Origin: Fimbriosthenelais zetlandica
Lineage: Eukaryota
Direction: 5' to 3'
Assembly (NCBI GenBank): GCA_977030845.1
Contig: OZ365110.1
Location: forward strand, 24,242,001 to 24,306,000
DNA length: 64,000 nucleotides
Shown piece by piece: positions 39,360-50,859 of the stretch. The translations under genes and the position numbers were made by a program. Within the stretch, counting starts at the first letter, position 1. Each line of letters begins with the position of its first letter. The notes under the pieces are model-generated. The model searched no databases and was not told the origin of the DNA. It saw nothing but the letters and a program-made list of their open reading frames with translations.

Positions 39360-39425
39360 CCTGGCGGCGGGCGCCATGATGAATAGCCGCGGCGCATGCG
39401 CACAAAAACCAACATGGCGCCGACG
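39360..39425. promoter_or_regulatory. Putative bidirectional promoter
   Basis: NRF1 palindrome GCGCATGCGC (39392-39401) lies between outward-facing YY1-like ATGGCG motifs (CGCCAT 39372-39377; caacATGGCG 39414-39419); CpG-rich. Confidence 0.55.
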
Positions 39426-42400
39426 CCTCATCTGGATGATGGATGACTTCAACACAGGGTTTATTTCCCCACCCCCAATGAAAAAACCAACAACTTAAAA
39501 ATGAAAGGGAAAACAAGAAAGGCTAACACTTTGATGTTTGTCGCTGTCACCCGGTTCACCCCCTCGATGACCCATGTTAAATAGGGAAAACTTAAAACTG
39601 GATAAGGGGGAGAAAAATAAACAGATAAATGTGAGTTCATCTGTCATGGGGTTGATGGATACACCTGGTAGGATTTGACTGAGTTGGTAATTCAGGCGGG
39701 AATGTGGGGTTGTGGGGGGGGGGGGGGGGGTGGGTGTATGGTGGGAACATATAAATAAAAGTAAGGTTTCATTATTTTAGACTCATCAGGCACTGTTTTT
39801 AAAGGGGCTATAGGTTGTAAGAGGAGAGGAGAAAAGGTACCTAAAGACCTAGGAGGCAGCAAATATTTGGTAGACAATGTGAGGTGAGCCTAATATGTGT
39901 TGTATTTTCAGTGTTGAAATAGCTATATTTACCAAAAAAAAGGGACCACATATGATATGTTTTTAGGCAAAGTGTTACTTCTTCTGACCCCAAACTCACA
40001 CCTCTCCCCATAAATAATGGAGTGTCCCTGTCCAACCCCAACTCTCTGGGTGGATACACATGGAAGGGCTGGATGTCAACATTTGACAATGACACCTTGG
40101 ACGAAGAGAGCAAACTCCATCAGAAGTATCCAGTATAGAGACAATGGTCGGGAAAACTGGGGGCACAGACAGATGTAACACGTATTAGCACAGTCATTGT
40201 TTACACTGGCTGGCCCTTTATTTGTGTTCTCCCCTTCGCAATAACATGCAACAATAGTGACGGAGTGAAATAAATTATTTCCATTCAAATTTATTCATTT
40301 AAAAAAAAATTTCATTTCCATTTAATTTTCTCTTTTTGTTGGTTATGAGGTGAACGTTACATTCAATGAATGGAAAATGAAAGAATGGATAAAATTAGTG
40401 AGTATAGTAGGCCTCATTAATTATACAAAAAACTTAAATTTAAAAAATCTATAAAAGAAATGAAGTTAGGAAATTGAATAACATCATGCATGTCATAAAT
40501 TAAATAGTGTGGTTTTGTATGGACAATTATAGGAAACGTTGAAGATCGACTTATAGACTTATAGACTTCATTTTCCCATTTATAATTATTTACCGGTAAC
40601 AAATATACCAGAATTATAAGGTAACAAGAAAGATTTCATAAGGTCATAACGTCCCCGCTCCGATCCAGTGCAAAACATAACGTTCTGACTAAAACAATAT
40701 GTTTTGAAATCAGCAAATTAGATAAATGCAGAATGATTTTAAAAATGTGTTAACTATTTCCTACTCCCTCCCTCATTCAATTCACAGTTTCTCTCACTAC
40801 CTTAATTCATGTATTCTTTCCTTATAGCCTTCTTTCATTATCCCTTCCCTCCTAGCTTCCTCCCCTGAATATATTTTACAACGAAGTACTTTTAATTTGA
40901 AAACTAAACCTAATATTTGTTATGGAAATTTCAGAGTGAAATTCAAATAATATAATACTTTATTTGACATAACCAAAGAGAGAATCCAATATGAGAGCCA
41001 TATAAGCCAGATATTTTCTAACATAAGAGCCATATTCCAGTGCCATAAAGCCTGACAACAAACAGAACATTGGCATATATATTTATTAATGTATAAAAAC
41101 TAGTCCAGTCCAGTGAGAAATATATATTCATGGCGGTAATTAGATGAGATTTAGATAGGGAGGCCGGGTCTAAATCATCATATAATATGGCGTTCATTAC
41201 TTTATATCCGGGGATTATCTGATACAAATCTAAACAAGACATGGCAGGCACATGCACTTTTATAGCGTGTTCGCATGACAAGCCGTCCTTTTTGTGGAAT
41301 ATATTATAATGGGGAAGAGAGAATGAAGGACTGGAAAAAACTGATGTACATATGATCCGAGTTTGGTATCAACAGAAATAGGTTTTGTCGCTAGGGAAGG
41401 AGGAATATGTCAGGAGAAGGATCTTATTTCTTAAAAAGTGTCATGGGTAAGTTGGGGAAGAAATATGTAAACTGCCACAGGCTTGGAATATATCTATGGG
41501 ATATGGCTTTATATATCTTCATTGAAGTCTTTCTTATGACAGAAGGCCTATCCCAGTACTTCAACTTACATCCGAAACTTACATTCTCTATTATTTCTCC
41601 GTCTCCCTCGCTGTATCTATTCTATATATACCGGTTCCTTCTTAATGCTATAATCCCTTCATTCATCTCTTCCTTCCTACCATATTTCCCTCATTCCTTC
41701 CCTGCCTCCTTAATTCCTACGGTCCTTCATTTTGTGTACCATTATTTACTCCTTGTCTTTCCTTCCCCGTGCTTCCATTTACATTAATAAGGTCTTTACT
41801 TTCCTCTTCCTTCCTAGCCTGCCTTCTTTCCTTCCCCCAATTCATCATAAGTTCATCTCCACCATTCCCTGGAAATCATTCCTCCATTCTCTCTCACATT
41901 CTTTTTCTAAATACACCCATCTATTTATCCATTTCTAATTCAATAACTCTCCAATTGCCCTATTGTTGAAATAAGCTAACACAAAAATATATACCATCCA
42001 TATGAATGTAATAACACGAAGGAAGTGCTTCCTATCAAATTCACTTAAAGTGACTATTTCGAACCATGGTGAACATTTACTCTGTGCAGACCTCTATCAT
42101 ATATTCATAGAATATAATATTTAATACTGCCTATGTAGATTGGAGGTTTAGAGGCGCCTGGCATGCATTTTAAAGAGGCGTGGAGCTGCTGTATAATATT
42201 GTTTTTTTATTCCGCCTGAGGCAGGTATAGAAAAACTAGCCTGACAGCTGTAGGTGGGCACTGTTATAGGGCGATAAGGTGATTATAACAATCATGATTG
42301 CATGCTTAGGGGAAGAAAAATTTTAATAGGCATCCTACATATTATATATACCCCTTTAGGTAGTTTTCAGGGAGGTTATCTTCTGTCCAAGAACCAATAA

Positions 42401-44582
42401 TACTAGTAAAATGTACATGTACAAAATGGTTGTAGACATTTTAACCATTATCTTTCACAATGACCTATTTTCTGCGCTGATGTTTTAAAGTTTATAAATA
42501 TTGCAATGAGGTTTCCCTACATTAGTGTAGTTTCATTGAATACAATCATTTGCTTTAATTTATTTACATAAAAGGGATGATATATTTATTCGCTGCATGT
42601 AGAAAAGGGAATGCCGAAAAAGTTATAAAAGCCCAGGAGCTCAATATTGTAGTTGTCAGCCTGCATTCTCCGGAGAATAATCATTGAAATTGTGTGATAA
42701 AAGTTAGTCAATATTAGTGATCAATATAACTTGTCAAAATATTGATAGGCATTCTCCCCATCCAAGCCCAAAATAACTAACCGCTCTAACACCTTGGACT
42801 GGTAATCAAGTTTCAATGAAAATCTGCACTGAAGCCCCAGGCTTGTCATGATTGGCCCATTAAACAGAAGCTTGGTGGAAAATTCGAGTCATTCATGTAA
42901 GGACTACTTGTTAACAAGTTTCCCTTATGGCTGAGGTTTTTAAACAGAGTGGTTTGGGGGATTTTATTATGCTCTTCAGGGCTTGTTTCATAGCAAACAA
43001 GCCATTCATTAGCCAATGGTAAGTGTATAGCCTATGGGTTGAGCGATTGTGGGTGGGTGAAAGGGGGAAGGGGTTTCATGGCAAGAAGAGGCAGTGCTGA
43101 CATCTTCGTCACTTGTGTCCGAGTGACAAATAACCGCCCCCCCCCCCCCACCCCCACAACCACCAACTAGTGTATCAACGTGTATAGAAGGAGGCTATTT
43201 TAAGTAGCTCATATTTGTTCTGGAACGGCCCCTGTACAGCAGCTATGAAAGTGGGCAATATAATCCATTTTACATGTTCTATGAGGGCTTTCCCCGGAAA
43301 GTCTGCATCAGGTGACTGGTCAGAATCACAGAGTGATGACTGGTTTATAGTAAGGACACCAGGGGAGCTTTAGGGTGGTCCTTATAAACTGGAGAATAAA
43401 CTGTTAATTTACGGTCAACCACTGTCAGATAGGGCTCCGAGTTGGTGGTTGCCTCAAGTATCATTTCCACTATTCAGAACACCATCTGTATTTTTTAATA
43501 TCCATTTTATAATCCAGAATATTCATGCCACACTTTCCTGTGCAAATTTCACGACTTTTTACAGTTTTGAATACCAAATAGGTGGATTATACGGATCATA
43601 TCCTGTTTTGAACATACTGTCCGAAACATCCTCCTCCAACTTCAAAGTGAAGTATAACATTGAGACTGCTTGAAGAGCCTGTCGTCTCCTGGCATTATTT
43701 CGAGGAAGTTGGTCTGGGGCTGTGCGGTTTACCAATGTAGCGTTAGTAATTTCTTGGCGTTCGACAATTCATCATAGGAAAGGGTTTCTAACAATTGTGG
43801 AATCATTATGACATAACAGATGCTCTGCGACGGAGCATTGCTCATGGATTTGGTTATGCCTAGCCATTTCATTATGACATGGGTTACAAGGTTCCCCTTA
43901 AATTAGCTGTATATGTATCGGTACATAATTATGTCCCCCTACTTGACTCCCCTGTCCCTGTTCAGTTCCAGAAATCAATACTTATGTTAAGATAAGCCTA
44001 AAATAGCCTAAAATAATATAGAATCAATTTTGGACATAAATGACAGTATTATATAGCCGCCAACTGGTATATAAATTTTATAATTTTTAAATTTTCAAAC
44101 TTGAGAAAAATTTCTTTCTGATTCTTGAACATGCCTGTATATATAGCCACACTGGATTGTCTGTTAACTTGGAAACTGACTAAGCAGACCTGGTGGCGCC
44201 AAGGAGACTGAGTCAACATCTGAAACAGCAATAGCTGACATACCTCAAGCCAAGATGAACATTTCTTATCCTCCCATTGATTTTTATCCCAGACTAATTG
44301 GTCTGGTAAAAACTGACAAGTACAAATCACTTTACATATGAAAATAAGACTAATCGGTTTCACTGCTGAGTTATTTAAATAGGCCAGATGATAAATTGTT
44401 TAAAGTAAAATGACTGAAAAGGGAAACATTCGACCAATCTGATCCAACGGGCATGGGTTGGGGTGCCCATTTCAAAAGGAAAATTAGGTTTAACATTGAT
44501 AATTTAAAAACAATGACAGACGCTGTGAATTAAATAAAGTTCGATGATTTCTAATAGTACCAGAAACATATTGACTTTGCAG

Positions 44583-44676
44583 GCCTGGTGGTGGTGCTCG
44601 AGATATAACTGTTAACAACTAATGACAGAGATGGGAGGTCTCCATTCATAGTGTTGTGAGTTGGTCAGACGTTCAG
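44583..44676 (+). ncRNA. Candidate non-coding exon
   Basis: Acceptor catattgactttgcag and donor CAG|gtgata. All three frames contain stops. Confidence 0.2.
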
Positions 44677-45740
44677 GTGATAAGAAACGATCAAGTGGCA
44701 TGAAAGGCAGATCAATTTCCCCACCATTAGTTATCTTGTCTTTCATTTTTCCTACCTACAGCAATGCCAATAGTATAACATTAAAGTTGTGAATAAGATC
44801 AGAGATTTCTGATGATAATTTATCAATAATTATGGAAATCGCTCTGTGATTTGATTATCATTTGGCATTATTTGAGTGACTCATGGTATTTAGATATAGG
44901 CGTCTCTGATGCAGAGGGAGGAGAGCGAGAGCCACTTAATTGGAACTGAAGCATGCAGGACCACTTTAACTTGGGATTTACCCATGTAATGAATGTTCTT
45001 TAAAAGTTGAGACATGGCTTCTTTTATTGGGGACGCGGCTTCAATTAGGACATTTACGGTAAGTAAAGGTTTAAGGAGCAGCTCGGGGTCTGACGTGAGT
45101 CACAAACATACCCCTACCTCCTCCATCTCTCCCCCAAGCCATGCTTATGTCAAGATAAGGATGATCTATGGATTAACTCTCATATCTTATACTGATCTCT
45201 CCATGTCTAAATGACAAAACCTATACCACACTCGTGGGTTATATGTGTATATGGCCAAATTGAACTGTCAGATCTCTGAATGCTCAGTTTATATATAATC
45301 ATTATCAATATAAATTGTACCCATAAATACCCATATGTCTCAATATGAAAAAATACCTAAAATGTTAAGCTATAGAGAAAAAGTTCACTATGTGCAGTTT
45401 GTTTTTGCTCAATGTTACATGGAAAATGTTACATGGACAATAAAAATGGGAAATAGTCAGAAACCTATTATATAAGGAGCAATGCCTGATGTGAGATTAT
45501 AGGAAAAAGGCTATTGGAATCAAAAGAATGTCCATTGAGATACATAAAGGAAAGTGCAGATGAGAAAGAAAAGAATCCCGGGCGAGGGAAAAAGGGGGAA
45601 GATAGTATGACGGGGTGTTCTATTGTGGACAAGCAGCAGGCACCGTTCCTTTGTTTCACCTTCTCAATGTATCATCTTTCACGGAATCTCTATCTCTTCA
45701 TGCTCACATTGCTGCATGGTGTCTTTTTTCCTTCCACCAG

Positions 45741-45905
45741 GAAATGACAGATCCCCTCAGGCGATCTTCTTTGGCTGGACATGCGAAATTCATTCTAATA
45801 CCAGCCTGAATACCATCAGTTAGCATATTTCCATACCTTTACAAATCTGCTTAAAGGGCTGCACCTCCATGCATGGAATAGAGATATCAATGGGGTGTGT
45901 CTCAG
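45741..45905 (+). ncRNA. Candidate non-coding exon (165 nt)
   Basis: Acceptor tcttttttccttccaccag and consensus donor CAG|gtgagt. All three frames contain stops. Confidence 0.3.
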
Positions 45906-46259
45906 GTGAGTGGCCTTAATTATTACTGGTGAAATGCCCGGATAGGGGACACCAAAGCATTATAAGTGTTGCTGAGATTCTTGCATAGATTAGGTGTATT
46001 ATTATAATGACATTTATCCTAGCTATTATTAGTCACGTACGGTAACCTATTGTTAACTCAATCAGACACTCATTTGAATAGAACTATGATTAGGCATAGG
46101 CCTAACCAAGGCAAAGATCGGAATGTGTAGGCTAGGCCTGCAGTGAAATAGTGTAAAAAAAGTTAGGCCTACCGTTAATGTTATCCATTTGATTTTCTAC
46201 AAAGGCGGCCGTACTCCATAATTATCCTATAGACGACTATCGGTACACTTCTCTCCCGT

Positions 46260-46800
46260 CACCTGTGGCTGTGCCATGGTTGCGGCCGATTTCTAGCACC
46301 GTTTACGGTTTAGAAGCCAAGTGAAGCGTGTCCTGCACACATTATACTCTAAAGATATCCCCACAGTCATGTTCATGCAGTTAGAGGTTAGTCTCAAGAG
46401 TTCCTTTTGAATATAAACAAGAAATCGGCGTTGATTCGGCTGCGTAATTCGATGGTTTCAAGAAATCGGCCATCTTGCCTTGTAAATAGGTCACAGGTGG
46501 GGGTTTCCGGCGATGACCGGAAGTAAAATCCCGTGAGCTAGTGCCACGTGCTAAACCAGTGAGCGGACTTTGAACTACATTGGTAACCCGTTACAACGCA
46601 CGACTATCGCCAGGGCCGGTAACATATAATGCCCTTTTTACCGGAAGTTCGACTGGAACGCCACTGAGCGGAGTGTGGGCGGTTTCGACTCTTCGTCACC
46701 GACGAACACCCAGAAGTTTATAGTGAAGCAGGGGCTTGCACAGAAGTTATTAGGCCTATGCATATGCCTAGGCTACAAGTCAACTTGGCCGACTTTTCAG
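46260..46800. promoter_or_regulatory. CpG-rich, probably bidirectional promoter
   Basis: YY1 GCCATCTTG 46469-46477; ETS ACCGGAAGT at 46516 and 46640; E-box CACGTG 46545-46550. A + strand donor TCA|gtaagt sits at 46799/46800, and a - strand caaccATGGCACAGCCACAG|gtgac at ~46263-46277. Confidence 0.55.
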
Positions 46801-48642
46801 TAAGTAGCCTACCAGGTACAGGCCTATGATCTATCCGAAATCAGAGCAAAGATAGCTAGTTCTCCCCTATCTTTGATCAGCGTTTTATGTATACCTCGGG
46901 TTAGGGTTAACCTTAGGCTTAAAACATCGGCTTAGGGTTAGGTTAACCCTAAGGAAAATAGGCGTGGCCGGTGGACCGTTTAAACTTTGACACTTTTATA
47001 TAATTGGCAGCGAGGCAGAGAATGAGGGGGAGAGCCTACTTTTTGTTGCTTATGATCTTATGGTACCGTTATATGTTATTAGGCCTACATATACATTTAC
47101 CTTTTCCTATACTACTTACGAAAATGTTTTGGCAGATAGGCCTATCTGCATGAAAAACAGCCCCCCTCAACAAAGGTTTGATATAGGCCTAGGCCTAACC
47201 CCTGCTGTGATTTCATTTGGTATGCAAACATTGAATGTCGCAAGCAGCAATATGATAGAGATTGGTATCTAAGGTCATATTAGAGTTCAATATGTGGGTT
47301 GGAAGCACACGTCTCCTGCTCCCCTGAATACACTGATAACACGCAAACTTATTAAATTTCACAGTCTTTTGACCTTTCAACCCTGGGGCTAAGCATTTTA
47401 TCACGCAATTACTTCTTTAAACTCTTCATTTCCTGGCGTCATTCACATCGAATAGTTTCGAGGAAAGGAGGGGAAGGCAACCAGTGTTGTTTATGATTTT
47501 CCCATTAAGTGCTTTCAAATTCTGTTAACATTAATTAATACTGGTTAGGGGTTAAGCTCCGTTGGATATACTTGTATAAACCTTTGCAGTTATTGAGTGC
47601 AAATTGATTTTAGTTAAAGTAAAGAGGGATCATTGGTCAGTGAGATATTGCCCAGGTGTGAGGACTGGTCACTGTCCATTCTACTGACCACGATGGTAGC
47701 GACACTTCACGCCTGGTGTTAGAACTAGTGGCGTTCATCAAATTAACTGAAGAATGTGTCAGGGTTAATAATGATTGATAATGAATACAGATGATTCAGA
47801 TGAAGGATAAATAACTTAAAAAAACACAATATGTCAACTCACTATAGCCAATAGATTTATGGATTTGCATAGCTCTAGATAATAATATGTTGACAAAAAC
47901 ATTCATAATTATGATGTATATTAGTCTATATATGGCATTCGTATGATATTTCTGTAGTGGAAGTGTCCCCGGGAAAGAATGGGAGACTCTGAATTGGCAG
48001 GCAAAAAGAACAGCCACAAAATTAATAAAACCATGCACATTCCTTCCAATCTATTCCTTCCAATTTTATTGAGGGAATGAAGTCCATTTATAGATGCCAA
48101 ATGCAGAAATCAGAAGCAGAACACAGAAAGAAATGTGACCTTTTTAACTGGGTATTTAAAAACGATATATACGAATATTTCCTACATCATATGAGTCGAG
48201 GAGAATAGGAAAGTGTTCTAGAAATCTAACCTTTTCGGTTTCAGTGCAATAAACAGGCTAGGGATCGTACAGCTTTGGTGAATAAATGGTGAATAAAACT
48301 ATAAATTAGTATCCTTTTGGCATTTTAAAAGTCTCCTCTAGGCCTGGATACTGTCCTATCAATGAAGAAGGATAGACTTTTATCACAAGCAAATGAGTAC
48401 CACACACAACCCCGCATCTGTCCTTGCTACTCACTGCTCTATCATTGCAACGATCCCTGGTCATTTCCACTAAATAATTGTGACAAGCAGTTTGCCAATG
48501 GTTGTGGGTGTTAGTAAACTAAACCACCCCCGAGGACAAATTTTAAAAGGCAGTAGATTGGACTATAAGTCATGGTTAGTTAAATGTCTCATGATACAGC
48601 TGTTATTGAAAGAACTTTTGTCTTCATTTTATTTGTTAACAG

Positions 48643-48781
48643 GGCGTGTGGGCCTAAAGTGGATGACTTGGTCATTCCAATGGGCGTAGGTCATACAGAT
48701 ACGAAGGATCGGAGTCATGTCAAAACAACGAGTATGAAGGACTATCAAAGAGTGTAGGATGATGCCTATCCTGTTTAAATA
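48643..48781 (+). other. Candidate second exon (UTR or non-coding) of the + transcript starting near 46.7 kb
   Basis: Acceptor tcattttatttgttaacag and donor ATA|gtaagt. No frame is open through the exon. Confidence 0.35.
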
Positions 48782-49842
48782 GTAAGTGAAAATGTTATTT
48801 CAAATTTTATTTTCAACTAGTAAACTACATAATATACATGGGTATCCTTAGCTAGAACTTTTCGATAGAAAATTGATAGACCTATCTATTTGTGTATGGT
48901 ATACATACATGCCTGATGCTAAATGATTGGGCCCCGTTAGTAATGGTCCCCTGAGACTAGGGAAACCCATTTGCTAATGGACCTAATTATATATAGAGAG
49001 CAAAGCCAAACAACTAGGGGACTGTTTAATAAAAATACACCATAATTGCGCAATGTGGTTATCCTCACACCATAAATCACTTAATTCGTTCAACCGTCTT
49101 ATACATTTGTATTATTATTCTATGACTGGATGCCAAATATTAGCCAATGAATTTCAATATTTGGTATGTTAAATTCATTCAGTCTTTAAATTTGGTTGGT
49201 ATTACTTGTTAGGATTTTATTGAACTGTAAAAATCGCGTTATTTAAACTCGAGTGAATGTTGATTGTTCAATAGAAGTGCAGCTTTCCCTGCTAAAACAG
49301 CATGTCCTTATCCCTGTAAGAGTCTGGCGTCATTGCCCTTCTACCTTTTATGACTATAGGTTTCCCTCCTCTAATGGAGGGTCAGTCTGGTATGATAGAT
49401 GTGAGCACTGGTCACTGGGTGGTCAGGGCTAGCTGGACATGTCTCTACAAGATGCACGTTGCCATGACAACCCATGTTGCCCGGCCCCATTTATCAACAT
49501 GCACATGACAGGGTTTGGTCAGTGGTCTTCTCCGTGAATCTGTCTGACCCAGGGGTCAAGCATAGCTAACTACTGACAAGGGTTGATTTTAACACTGGGC
49601 AGTAAGGGTGTGGAAATGGACACGTTGGAGTCCAGCACGCTGATACAACATGACACCTCGATCTTCCTACAGAGGAATATTCTTCATGGTGAAAATATTT
49701 ATTTTAAAAGAATAAACTGGATTGTCACTCGAAGGCCACAACACAACAGGAACTATGCGAATCCCTATTTTAAATATTCCGAACCTAATGCTTTGTACGC
49801 ACTAAAGCAACCTTCCCTCTACACGAACCCAGTATTCCAGTC

Positions 49843-50859
49843 CTAAGTTCTACCACAAAATATATTCTTTCCTTTCCCAAAAATATCTTCAAGACCTGCC
49901 CTGAACTCAGAACCAGATGCAACATACACAAAGAAATTGAGAGCATGATTCAACCTATGTAGTTCAGAGAGCCAGAACAAGTATGTTCTATTGGTTTCAT
50001 AATCAGGCTGAGTTGCTTGCAGAATATCATTCACTGTCCGAGCTAGAGACAAAGGCATTGTTGTTAGTACATAGAACAAACTAGAGGACACAAGGATGAT
50101 ATTCAGCTTGGTGTTGCGAACAGTCTCAGCACTGTTGGATGACACAGCGGAAGCCCGCTTGAAAGCCGAGCTTTTCCGGAGTGCCAAGATCACCAAAGAA
50201 TTCAGGATAACCAAAAAGCAAAAAGGAAGGAAACTATGAAGGATCAAGTCAAAAATCAAATGAGGAAAGAACCCTGTCTCCTCCGTAGGGCCAGTGTTCT
50301 TGCATCTGAGGATTTTCCCATCATATTCACTATGGGAAAGTGGGATTTGGAGAGTTGTGATGGCGACTATTGACAGACTGACAGCAAGTTGACAGGCGAT
50401 TGCTCGTCCGCGCGAGTTTAGAATGTGTGCCTTGAGAGGAATATGAACAGCAAAAACACGCTCAAATGCAATGATTACCAAAGTCCATGAACTGCAAATT
50501 TTAAAAGTGGTGTGGACAAAATGAAAAATCTTGCAAGGCCATGAATGTACTGAATAGTACTTCGCTTCAGATAATATTACTTTAGTGATTAGAGTGCCCA
50601 AGTCGAAGATTGCCAGAAAGAGAATATGGATACCAAAAGACGATTTCCTGAAGCGTTTACCAAGTGCCACTATAACTATTAGTGTATTGCCAATTAGTCC
50701 AAGGGCAGTGACAGTGTATGTTGAGATTTGTAGGTACATCTTCATGTCAGGAGTTATATCTGATGGGCTAGGCCTAATATTGAACAGTGATGAATTTGGA
50801 TCCATCTTTGAAGTTATGGCAGAGTCATTCACCATACTTCTACTTATATTCAGGCTCAT
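49843..50859 (-). CDS. Class A (rhodopsin-like) GPCR, FMRFamide-receptor-like/orphan type, 338 aa, uninterrupted ORF
   Basis: Seven hydrophobic segments: TM1 GN, TM2 LAIFD, C3.25 (PCK), ERV in place of DRY, ECL2 Cys, TM5 LPF, TM6 P, TM7 NHALNFFVY, helix 8 EFR. N-glycan sequons NIS and NDS. An acceptor lies 2 nt before the ATG, with a ~103-nt upstream intron (50862-50964). AATAAA at 49698-49703. Confidence 0.95.
   Translation of the reverse strand: MSLNISRSMVNDSAITSKMDPNSSLFNIRPSPSDITPDMKMYLQISTYTVTALGLIGNTLIVIVALGKRFRKSSFGIHILFLAIFDLGTLITKVILSEAKYYSVHSWPCKIFHFVHTTFKICSSWTLVIIAFERVFAVHIPLKAHILNSRGRAIACQLAVSLSIVAITTLQIPLSHSEYDGKILRCKNTGPTEETGFFPHLIFDLILHSFLPFCFLVILNSLVILALRKSSAFKRASAVSSNSAETVRNTKLNIILVSSSLFYVLTTMPLSLARTVNDILQATQPDYETNRTYLFWLSELHRLNHALNFFVYVASGSEFRAGLEDIFGKGKNIFCGRT

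Noticed and set aside
40740-41960. Long pyrimidine-rich tracts, and G/C homopolymer runs elsewhere (13645, 39714, 43137, 62525)
   Set aside because: Ordinary simple sequence. The associated ORFs are compositional artefacts.
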